DNA of 64,000 bases. It comes from Podarcis liolepis (taxonomy: Eukaryota). The translations under genes and the position numbers were made by a program. The stretch lies in the NCBI GenBank assembly GCA_965112155.1, contig OZ218098.1; one strand, 5' to 3'. Below, piece after piece: positions 27,301 through 39,600 of this stretch (the stretch's first letter is position 1; each line of letters begins with the position of its first letter). Below the pieces are notes generated by a model. It searched no databases and was not told where the DNA came from. It worked only from the letters and a program-made list of their open reading frames with translations.

Positions 27301-30300
27301 GCGTCACACTGGCTACCCCTGGCCTATGCAGTTAGCAGCTACAGCAAAAAGTATAAATCCCTTTGTTTAAAAAAAGAATAAGGCCAATTGATCTCACCTT
27401 GGTATCACGGCTATATGTTATGAGGTACAAAAAAAAGTAATCACAACAAAACCTCTTAACATACACAGCTTTTTTGAAATTTAGTTTTATCCTTAGATGA
27501 GGATGTCCAGCACCAGTGAAATATATCTCTTGCCACTAAAATCTGAAATGGTGGCTTTGTATCCAAAACACAGCCTTTCTTCGAGATAGGAACCACTTGC
27601 ACAACAGCCCATTGCTTTGGGCTACAACAGACATCCTGTCATTATCTATTTCAGGGGTCTGCAACCTTTAAGACAAAAAGAGCCACTTGGCCCCGCTTCC
27701 GAAGGAGAAAAAAAAACTGGGAGCCGCAAAATCATTGCGACATTTAAAACAAATATAACACGCCTTTATCCGTGGCTGGCCTACCAGGGGTCCAAAACAG
27801 GGACGTCATCTTCCTCTTCGCAGTTATAGACCTGCATGCGCGCCTCTGCCCTCTGATCTGATAGTGGGCGGGAAGGTGACGTCGGGACGGTGCGTGACTG
27901 ATGCACGCACCACTCCCATGCGACGTCACAGCCAGTACAGCGCCCGCCACAGTGGGGAGTGTCGGGGCGCACAAATCACCTCCTCCCCTCGCTAGTATCC
28001 GCCCGGAGCCGCGGCAAAGGTGGAAAAGAGCCACATGTGGCTCCGGAGCCGCGGGTTGCAGACCCCTGATCTATTTCAATGAGTCACAATGCTACTGTCT
28101 CAACAGAAGCTCTGTTGGTCTCAGCACAGCATGGCAAACCCTATACACCTCCTCTACATTTGCCAAGAGTTTTATGACAATTCCTTCCTGGCATTTAAAT
28201 CCATCCAATGCTACTTTAAGTATCAAAATAGATACGTTCAGTTTCTAAAAGCTTGTTGACTGTGTTCCAATTAGCATCTGAAAATGGGATGGATGTTTCA
28301 CCCGCCTTATTCATTATTTCATTTCCCATCCCCTCCAATTCCACTGCTTTGACAGACAACTTCATGAGCTATCGTATATACACACACACATACACACTTA
28401 CTTCTTAGCTGCCACAGCAACAACACATGCCAGAAGACTTGTTTTCAACAGTTTTCCACCAAAAGCCCCTCCGATTCGTTTCACATGACACATGATCCTG
28501 TTGCTTGAGATGCCTAAACAGGAGGCCACCATTTCCTGCACAAAACCAAATATTTTATTATGCCGGTACAATCAGAGGTGTCTCAAATTCGGGATAACAC
28601 ATAGGTTAAAAAAGTAAAAGGGGAAAAAAAACACCTTTCTAAAACTTGGACCAACAGAAATACTTCAGAGGCTGGTTGTTGTTTTTCTCCTAAATCTTCT
28701 CCAAAAGTGGTTGAACATTAGCAGAATCAGGTAAGGCACCAGCTTTGCTATAAATGCAAATTCAATCAAATTGCAAATTTGTTGGTCTCTGGAGCGTAAT
28801 AAAGATTGATTGATTGATAAATGCAAATTAATCATAGCTGAAGGCTTATGCGAGTCTATTGTTTCCTACCTGCGGAAAGCAATTTACCGTATTTTTCGTC
28901 CCATAGGACGCTCTGTCCCATAGGACGCATCTAGTTTTCTGAGGGGGAAATAAAGGGAAAAATTTTCCCCTTTATTTCCCCCCCAAAACCAGGTCGGGGA
29001 ACAGCAGTATGGCGGTGCTGCGCCTCCCAGCTGTCCCCCGAGCTTGTGGGGCTGGCCGATGTCTGCCCGGTGCGCGGGGCGCTCTGCTTCAGGGTGGCCT
29101 GCGCGCCGGGTGGCAGGCTGCTATCCGCAGCGTGGGGAGCCCCGCAGGAGTTCCCGCAGGGCTCGCGACACTGTGGATGTCTGCCCGGCGCGAGGGGCGC
29201 TCTGCTTAAGGGCGCCCCGCGCGCCGGGCGGCAGGTGTAAGAAAGAGCCCATTCTGGAGCTCCTCTCCAGGGTAGCATCCTGATTTCCAGGTAGCAGCAA
29301 AATATCAGTGGGAGCCCATAAGAGAGGAAGTGATATGCTGAGCCCAATAAACGTAGGGCTTTAAGACACAGAGAACGTGGCTGTCACTTGTGCAACATGT
29401 TATGAGATAGCTCTCTTAACCTGTACAAATGCTGGATGCTGGGTGGACACAAACAAGTTCATTTCTTTATCCTCTCCTGTTGGAACAGCAAGAATGCTCT
29501 GAGTCTCCATATAAAAGTGCTCCTGTCCACCAACATGGATCTCGCCTGTTTCAAAAAGAGAACATCTTAAATCAGTACATCCAAAAGTGTGCAGCCTGGC
29601 TTTCTTGAGACTGGGAAGAAAGTGGATGAAAAACCACACTGCATTGTGCATAACTGTAGACAAATGTTCATTTTTGCAATCTTAGAAATGCCAAGCCTCA
29701 AACCGCCTAGTATAATAAAGGGCACCAGTAAGAAAGGATGTAGATGTTGCACTTCTCTATGGCAGAAATTATGAGGCACAACTAATCTTTAAAAGTCTGC
29801 CTGTATGCAGAAGTTACAAATTATTGCCTGTGTGAGAATTAGGGTTAAGCACCTGCATTCTGACAAGGTATATATTCAAATCGAACAAATAGCTGTTTCT
29901 GACATTGTATGGTGCATTAACTACAGTGGTACCTCGGGTTAAGTACTTAATTCATTTCGGAGGTCCGTACTTAACCTGAAACTGTTCTTAACCTGAAGCA
30001 CCACTTTAGCTAATGGGGTCTCCTGCTGCCGCCAGGCCGCCGGAGCCCGATTTCTGTTCTTATCCTGAAGCAAAGTTCTTAACCTGAAGCACTATTTCTG
30101 GCTTAGTGGAGTGCGTAACCTGAAGTGTACGTAACCTGAAGCATATGTAACCCGAGGTACCACTGTATATTCGCAAGTTTGGGAGGCATGGATTTGCAGC
30201 GGCGTAGCGTGAGTTGTCAGCACCCGGGGCAAGGCAAGTAATTTGCGCCCCCCAACCCCTAACCTGCCGCGTCAGGTGATCTGAGGCGAGTTGCCGCTGG

Positions 30301-33300
30301 TGCTGCCGCCCAAACGACGCCGCTTGCCCGGAGGAGGAGGGGGCAGAGAGGCGAGGAAAATGCAACATGGCCCAGCAGCTGCAGCAGCAGCGGCGGAGGC
30401 GGGGCTGTGAGGAGGGGCTGCCTGGCGCGTCCTCCGCGGCCCTGACGCACGGGGACCGTGGCGAGCGCTGAGAGCCGCTGCCTGCCGGACGCCTTCAGCC
30501 CGGACGCGCGCACAGCTCGTCGGTTCCGCGAGACATGGGGCTCTGCTACAGCCTGTGCCTGAGGCTCTTCGGCGACTCCAGAGGCAGCGAGCGCGCCCCC
30601 CCCCCAGATGTTGCGCCCGGTGCGGCCGGCCCCCCTTGCACCCCCCACGCTACGCCACTGTGGATTTGTATTGTGTTCAGTCCAAGTGCACTGATGAGTG
30701 GGGTGTAAATCAGGTACAAGGAGCCTTTAGATTTCCAGGTGTTGCTGAACGTCCAGCTCCCATCATCATTGGCAGTGCTTGCTGTGGCTGATAGAAGTCT
30801 CAGTTCAGCAACATCTGGAGGGCCAAATGTTCCCCACACCTGCTGCAAATGGTGGGGTGTCTGTTCTGTGGCTTTCACGGTAAGGTTTTGAATCAGCAGG
30901 CTGAGATTTACCTTTAAGCACATGGTCGACGACTTTAAATGCTTCATCCACATTTCCTCGTTCCAGTTTTCTCTGTGGTTCAAAGAATGAATTGTGCTCT
31001 ATTGCCTCCTGCAGCAACAGAAGAGACATACACCTAAGCTCAGAACCCTACCTGTTTATTTTGAACAAACTGCCAGCACCCCTTGAGGGAAAGCCATGAT
31101 ATTTAAACTTTTATGCATTGTGAATCTTTAATATAGACATGCCCAAATACACAATTTACAGGGCAGGCTGTGGAGCAGTAAAATCAGAAGCAACAATGAG
31201 TATTGTGACACTTGAAAGATTAACCAAGTCTAAATTGGGAAAACCAAAGCAGGGAAGGAGGGAAGTCCGGGCGCGAAATTGCGCAGGGTAAATAAGAAGA
31301 TAAAAAAGGTTGAATGTTAAAGTTTTATTTAATTTTGTTTTGTTTTTGAAAATCAATAAAAAAGTAATAAAAAAGAGAAAGATTAACCAAGTCAATTATG
31401 GCATAAGCTTCTGTTTACTAGAGTGCAACAAAGCTTAGGGCACAATAAGCTTATACCATCATAAGATGTCTCGGTTTTTAAAGTGCCACAGGACTCTTTG
31501 GTTCTTCTGTTATAACAGACTGACTGTCAATATGGAAATTAGTAAAATCCGAATATCTGGTTGTAGGCCTACTTAGCCCTACAATGGGACTAGATTATTT
31601 TAAATCAATGTAATTTGATTTAACTGGGTTGTGGACTGAATCAGACACCTGGAATTTTAATAGAAATAACTAGTAGTACAAATAAATAGCTTTTATCACA
31701 GCAGCAGTTAAGAAAAGGATGTTCTTTACCTCAATGGTCAGGATCACAGGTTCTTGAAGTTCATACTGTATTTTCACTTTTGCAGCTGCTTGTTTAGCAT
31801 GAACATCTGAATCTGCTACCACTGCACAGACAATCTGACCCACACAAATCACCTGAAAACCAGAGAAAACCAGTGTCTTAACTTTTGGACACACATATTC
31901 CACAGAAAGCTGATGAAACTGCAGTAAGCCCACAATTTACACACATTTAACTAGTGTGCATTCAGCTTTACGCATGTGGTAATTTTAAAAATAAAAAGGG
32001 GGCAGAATTCTGGGAGAAATGACTTTGACGACCCCACCTGCCATTGAACCCAGGTGGAATCCACACACACATAAAAACCATTCTGAAAATGCTTTTTTAA
32101 AAAGCGTTTTTAAAAATATATTGATTTTTCCATAAGGCTCACCATCGCCATCTAGTGTCACATTGTATATTGCACTTAAAAGTTTTATTTGCAGCTGTAT
32201 AGCTGAGTCCCCCAGCGTGTTAGACTATACATGATTTTGGTTTTAGTAGTTATCCCCAGAATTTAACCCCTGTGTAAATAGTGGGCTTACTCTACATACA
32301 TATGCAAAGTTATCTCTTTTTTATATAAAAAAGTGTGTATCCTAAACCTCAGCACAAATATATATGTTGGTTCAATATTGGCTCCACACTGATGCACAAC
32401 TAACTTGTATAATTAACGGAGCAAGTCAGTGGTTTGCTGGTTTGGTGCACAAACCAAACTGTGGGATCTGCATAATTTCAGGAGCTAGTTGAAAGCTGCA
32501 CTTTTCCCAACTGTCCCACACTTTACTTTCATTAGCCAGGCATGAACTGAGAGACAGTGTGAAAAAGTACTCTGTGAATGAAGCCCAGTCAAGAAACTGT
32601 CACACACTGTCCCTGGCAGGGGAATATTAGAGAGATAAAAAGTGAGACAAATCGGTGAACACTTAAATAATAATGCAACAGAAACAAATATTCAAACAAA
32701 AAACAAAGTATATATACAATGGAGAATGAGTCAATTCTTATTTAAATTAACAAAATTAAAATAAATAGTTTAAATAACTATGAACTGTTGATGATTAAAC
32801 GTGGCATACCTTTTCTCTGGCAAACACAATATCTGGGACATCATAGTTGTAGAACTCATTAGTCGCTGGGACATCCTGAACAGAAATGATATCAACTACC
32901 CCTGACACCTTGAGAGCTTCTGAAGAATCAATAGATCTGCAAGAAGTAGTGCAAGCAAGTTAACTAATAATAAGCGCAGAAACAATTATTCATAGGTTGC
33001 TGGGACAAGGGCGGGGAGAAAAGGAGGTACGTGGCAGAATGAGGATGAGATGTGCCAAGGGGACATTGGGCTGGCAAAGACTAAAGGGGCTATGGGACTG
33101 GGGTGGGGAAGCAGGGGGATGTGTCGCTTCGACACTGAAATGGAGACGGGGCTGGTAAGGAAACTGGGGGGGGGGGGGCAGGGAAGGGAAGGGGTGAAGA
33201 CCTACACTGGCTCCCAGTACGTTTCCGAGCACAATTCAAAGTGTTGGTGCTGACCTTTAAAGCCCGAAATGGCCTCGGTCCAGTATACCTGAAGGAGCGT

Positions 33301-33588
33301 CTCCACCTCCATTGTTCTGCCTGGACACTGAGGTCCAGCGCCGAGGGCCTTCTGGCGGTTCCCTTGCTGCGAGAAGCCAAGTTACAGGGAACCAGGCAGA
33401 GGGCCTTCTCAGTAGTGGCACCCGCCCTGTGGAACGCCCTCCCACCAGATGTCAAAGAGAAAAATAACTACCAAACTTTTAAAAGACATCTAAAGGCAGC
33501 CCTGTTTAGGGAAGCTTTTAATGCTTAATAGGTTATTGTATTTTAGTGTTTTGTTGGAAGCCGCCCAGAGTGGCTGGGGAATAAATAA

Positions 33589-33636
<48 letters not shown>

Positions 33637-36600
33637 TACTACTAGTAGTAGTCTGTACCTCCCTTATATTTGGGTTACATGCAGCTATTACATGACACAT
33701 CATGCTTATTTTGTATTGTTTTTACAGTGTTTTCCGTTATATTGTACTTGAATTTATTGTTATACACCACAACTTCTTATCTTATAAGATCAGGTGGCAT
33801 ATGGTTATTGTTTAGCCGTCTTAGTCGTGCTTGACTCTCCGTGACCCCATGAACCAGAGCATGCCTTGGAAACTCTCACTTTCTTCTCAAAGCTTCCCAT
33901 TTTTTATGTCTGCGGAGTTTTCTTGGCAAAATACTGGAGTGGTTTGCCAGTTCCTTCTCCAGGTGGATCACATTTAGGCTAAACTCTGGGCTATGACCTG
34001 TCCGTCTTGGTGGCCCTGCACGGCATAGCTCTTAGCTTCTTGGGGTTATTAAAGCCCCTTCGCCACGACAAGACAGTGATCCATGAAGGGGCAGATGGCA
34101 TACACACACACACACACACACACAAATATATATAATTTTCTATATTGCGGCACATACACAATCTTTGCATGGGGTTTAGAACTGGTTACTAAAGCCAAGA
34201 AGAGTTCTTCATCAACGGTGCGAATGTCATCACAATAAATAGCTTCCCCTGTGGCGTGTTTAGTACCGGCCTGGTGCATGACTGGACGTCCTACGGGATC
34301 TTGAGGAAGCTGTCCTGGCTCCACATCCTTTTTAATTAAAAGAAAGAAAGAAAAGGAAACCACAAATCAACTACAAAAAAGTCAAGATGACCCTTTGCTT
34401 TAACTTCTTTTCTTTTTAATGCAAACTATTTCTCCTTTCGACAATCCACCCCGCAAATTGGAATCACAATGAGATAAACTGCATCCTAAACTGTAAGGAA
34501 GAGAAATCAGGGCTTATCCACATTATGTTTTAGTTCAACTCTTTCAGTCAAGCTAGTGCCACACTTTTACCTAATACTTTTACCATAACATGCAAGTGAA
34601 CAAGACTTCTACCTAGCATGAAAGCAGACTGTGTTTCCCTTAGCTTCCATAGCCCTCCAATGTATAGACTAAAAAAGCTGAAATCAATGACTCTCTGGAA
34701 CACCTCTCATTCCACCTTGGAAATAGCTCACTAATCTAACAAAGCTCACTGATCTGACGAAGAAAGCTAAGATAATGATTGAATTCTAAGCAGGCAGCAA
34801 TAGCTTAACACTTAGAGAAGTCAAAGCCTGATATTACAAAACCCCTCAAAATCACAGTTTTTAAATAATGTGTTTTGTGTAATAAGGTAGTACTAAAATA
34901 ATTCTGCTCACCTGATACTTTTGCATGCTCTGTGGCATTTTTGTATGGAAACTTTCAAGGGCACTTGCATAATTATCTGGGATATCAGGATACTGAGTAG
35001 GATACTGTAAGAAGATGATTTGTCACATTTTATAAAAAGGAAACATTTAATTAAAACTCAATTCTAAAGTTAACATGCACACAGGAACACACCTCCCCAT
35101 ACACAATAACAGTGGTACCTCGGGTTACATACGCTTCAGGTTACAGACTCTGCTAACCCAGAAATAGTACCTCGGGTTAAGAACTTTGCTTCAGGATGAG
35201 AACAGAAATTGTGCTCCGGTGGCGCAGCAGCAGCAGGAGGCCCCATTAGCTAAAGTGGTGCTTCAGGTTAAGAACAGTTTCAGGTTAAGAACGGAATGAA
35301 TTAAGTACTTAACCCGAGATACCACTGTAAATGTAATTCAGTTAAATAAGTTTTTGAATGTTTAAAAATAAACTATACCATGCTCCTTGCAAAAAGGGAC
35401 AGAATCCAAAAATAAGGATATGTGCAAGCATGTGTGGAAGAATGGTGGGTCTCCTCTTTTTATAGGCACCTCATGGTTCACTGTGAGAAGAGGATGTCAG
35501 ACTTAGAGGGACCTTTCGTCTGATCTAGTAGCAGAGCCATAGAGATGTAACCTGGGGCAAAACATAGTCTCAAGACTTCCCCTTCCTCCAAATGCTATCA
35601 GAAGCAAATGCAGCATGGAATATAAACAAACCAAATGCATTATATACTTTAGTGAATTCCAGCTCAACATCTATTACATTCACCTTCCAACATCTAGAAA
35701 TTATAATTATAAATAAAAATACTCCCAAGACAAGAACAGGCAGATTGAGACGCAGCTTCTAAAATAACTTGGTAGGCTGCTCACCCTGAGACTGCGCCCT
35801 TCAATTCCACCCAGAAATGGAACTGAATTATGTAGGCATGCAGGCATGGAAATGTCATTTACCCAACACTTTGGCTTTAAACGGTTTATGAATCAGACTG
35901 GTCACATATAACAGCAAAACAGGGATCAATACAAATCAAAATTACCATTATCTTCAGTGACTGCAACACCTCCAAGTAGAATTTGAAGATGAAACTAACA
36001 ATGAGAGTTCTTCTGTACTCCACTTTACCACCTGGAGCTGAACTTGGGAGAATAATTTCTTTGAGGACCGCTCTGCAAGCTTCATCCAGCATCTGCCCAT
36101 CCCAAGGTCTGGAAAAATAAATAATTATATATGCTCAGTAAGCAGGCAAACTAAACAGTAGTTGCATATCTACTATTAGAACAACAGTAGTTGTATCCTT
36201 ACTATTCATTTCCTATAGGAACACAGCTCTAAATGCACAGGACTGTATTCAGCACAGCACATCTCTCCCCTTTCCCTAAATCTGTCTGGGGGGAGGGTTT
36301 CACTCAACCCCACAGAACAGATTTGGAGACAGAGCAAAGCATACATGGGAGGAAAAATCGCCTTACACTAGCACAAAAATAGTGCCCAGCGTTTTGATCA
36401 TGAAGTTTTTATTCCAACGGGCTATCTCAGTAAAATTAGATTCTTAATGGGGGAAAGACTTAAAACATGCATTCTGCAGCACACTGTTATTGTACATCAA
36501 GGAAACAGATTCACTATTCCAATGGGGATTGATATTTTGGGGTGCCTTAGTTATGAGTATCTTCCTTTGCTAGGAAGTAAGTGGATCTGATTTCTGTATT

Positions 36601-39600
36601 TTGGTTAAAGAAGATGTGCACAATATACAGCTTACAAAAAGGACCCCCATCCCAAGGTGTTCCTGTTTAAAACTGTACGAATTCCAGTTTAATTTTTTAA
36701 AGACCTATGTAGCTAGCCCTCCTGACTACTGTGGTAAATTTGGAGGTCAGAACAATCGTAGAGGGCTAGAACCAAGGAGTCAGGCTGCATATGTTTTTCA
36801 ACTCTTTTAATGACTGTTTCTTCGGTTCCATTTCAAAATAAGACTAGACTAGAATAAGTATAGCCTGTCCACCAAATCTAGTTAACGCAAACAGTGACAA
36901 CTTCATTAACTAAGGATGGTATTCAACTGTTTTATTCAGTGCAGACCCACTGAAATGAATGAACTTGACTAAGTTAGGTCCATTAATTTCTGTGACTCTG
37001 CACAGGAAGTAATGGCATATGCTAGCTTATATGCACAGATGTAAATTTAGAAATAGCTGCTAACATACTCAAGGCAACTGACAATCATTAAACATTGCAT
37101 GCATGCATCATGCATTATGTATTTTTTTAAAAAAACATCATAAATTTAAAATGCTTAAAATGTGCAGAAAATACAAAATGATTTTACAAGATGGCAGAAC
37201 TTGTTTAACTCTTGGTACTGAACTGCTTGCTCACTAGTGACTTTGTGTGATCAAAGACGAACAGAATGGAAAAGTAAAGATAGTTCCATTGTGTTGATGA
37301 ATCCAAAAGGAATTCTGAAGAACAATAAGGTCTGAAATATTCTTACAACCTATTTTATATAAACAGTAATTTGGCCATTTAATTGCTGCATGTCGAGCAT
37401 TTATCCGGCAACAATATGATTTTAGGATTTGAGAACTCACAGTTTATCTATTTCCTCTTCCTTTGGAAATTGCTACCATTGGGGTGAACTTTCAGTCTAA
37501 AAGGTGTCAATGCTACAGGAAATCATATAGTACCTTCCAATGAGCGCCTGGCATGTTTGCTTGGCGGCAACTGTAGTGAAGCCAACACCTCCGTAACAGA
37601 TGCGCAAGTCCCTAATGATGTTGCAGTCTTCTTCAAAGGCAACCCTCATCCCTGCTGTAACAATAGGTAAAGCATTTTCCCGCCTCGGAGCTTGTCGAAA
37701 CGCTGCGACAAACTCACCCTGGAAAGGGACAGGAATCAGAATAAAAAAAGAGAGATTAGTTGGGCTACAACCTTTTGAAATCCACCTTTTATTACAGGAC
37801 ATTCCACAGTGGCACTCACAACCTGACCATTGAAAACTGAGAGAAAGGTTTTTCCTAATTTCTCCCCTGGATCGTATTCAAATCTAAGTTTAAAAGGCTG
37901 TATTCCTCTTATAGCAGTTGCAGACCGCCTTTGTGCCTTAGATTAAATTTGGAGGCTACTGCTATATATTCTCCCCTACATACAGTTTGATTCCTATTTT
38001 TCACAGCAAACTGAATAGAGTATGGGGAGAGCCAGGGTCCGCACTACAGATGGTTCAAAGCCCTGGAGCTCCTGAAGCAAGAGGCATAGCCTCTGGGCAA
38101 GGATTGGCAGTCCCATTAAGAAAGCACTTTGCCCTTGCGGTCCCCATTTACGACTGTTCACGTATTTATGAATGTATCATGTTTCAGTCCCAAACCAATC
38201 TGAATGTGGCAAAAACACTGACATTTGCCAAAATATGCATGTTGTGGATTGTCATCTAACTTTTTTTAATAATTACCAATCTTAAAGGAAAAGGAAAGAC
38301 CACTGACCTTCCTGGAATGTGGGATTTTAACAGACACTAGGATCTCCTCTGGTTCCAGGGTATTGTTTCCAAGTCCATCAGCAAAAAGGTCACTGAAAGG
38401 AATCTGTCGCAGCCTCCCTAACAGAGAACGTTAACATCCATACAAATTGAAAATAAATACTAAGCACTGTAAAGAGATCACAGAGTGATCATTTTGGCTT
38501 GGCTGACATGGAAAATTCTGGACTAGCTATGCATGTAGGTTGCAGAAACTCAAAGCAATTCTGTTGGCTTTCTTGCTTAGGTGGCAGGAGCGATCACTTT
38601 CTCTTCACCCCCCTATAATTATTAAAGAAGTGTGCCAGAGCAAAGTCGGAATGCTTTTGGGAGTCTCACACCTTTGCATTTTAATATATCTACCTAAACT
38701 TGTAAGGGTGCAAGGATGTTACACAGTAAGGGCCATAGCTCAGTAGTAGAGCATCTGCCTTGCTTGCAGAAGGCACCAGATTCTGTCTCTGGCATCTCCT
38801 GGTAGAGCTGCAAATGACCCCTGTCCAAACCCTGAAGAGTCACTGCCTGTCAGTATTAGCAACACTGAGCTAGCTGGACCAATGTCCTAATTTCGTATAA
38901 AGCAACTTCCAACATTCCACAAATTGCTTTGCAAAGAACATATGCAAACAACCAGAAACATGTGTGCATACTTCTTCTCATCATAACAGAAGTGTGCCTT
39001 GCCCATGAGATTTTGCACAGTGGAGTTTGGATTTGATATCGCGCTTTATCACTACCCAAAGGAGTCTCAAAGCGGCTCACAATCTCCTTTCCCTTCCTCC
39101 CCCACAACAAACACTCTGTGAGGTGAGTGAGGCTGAGAGACTTCAGAGACGTGTGACTAGCCCAAGTTGACCCAGCAGCTGCATGTGGGGGAGCGGGGAA
39201 GCGAACCCGGTTCACCAGATTACAAGTCTACCGCTCTTAACCACTACACCACACTGGCTCTCCAACTAAGCCTGGTTTGTAAGATAGCATACTGCGCCTT
39301 TCTTAATGTAACATACAAAGCATTGCTGTGCCAAACTACACATTGCATTAAATGGGCCTTCACAGTTGTGTGCACCACAACCGCAGGAGACCCAGATTCA
39401 GGTTAGGACTACAGGTGGAGGGGTCCCACCCCCGTCCCCTGCCATGATGTGGTCCTGATGAAAATCACCTCTCTTGCCCACAAATGCTGCTATTTACCCT
39501 AAAAAGAAAGCTGACGTGGGCATCAAAAACATGCCCTTAGTAGGATAAGCAGGCAGCAGGAAACTCAGCTAGTGAATGAATGAATTTATCAAAGGCCTTA

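Noticed and set aside
28931-30791. GC-rich ORFs suggesting a nested gene or promoter
   Set aside because: They lie in TIR/TSD-bounded MITEs, and GC-rich DNA is stop-poor.
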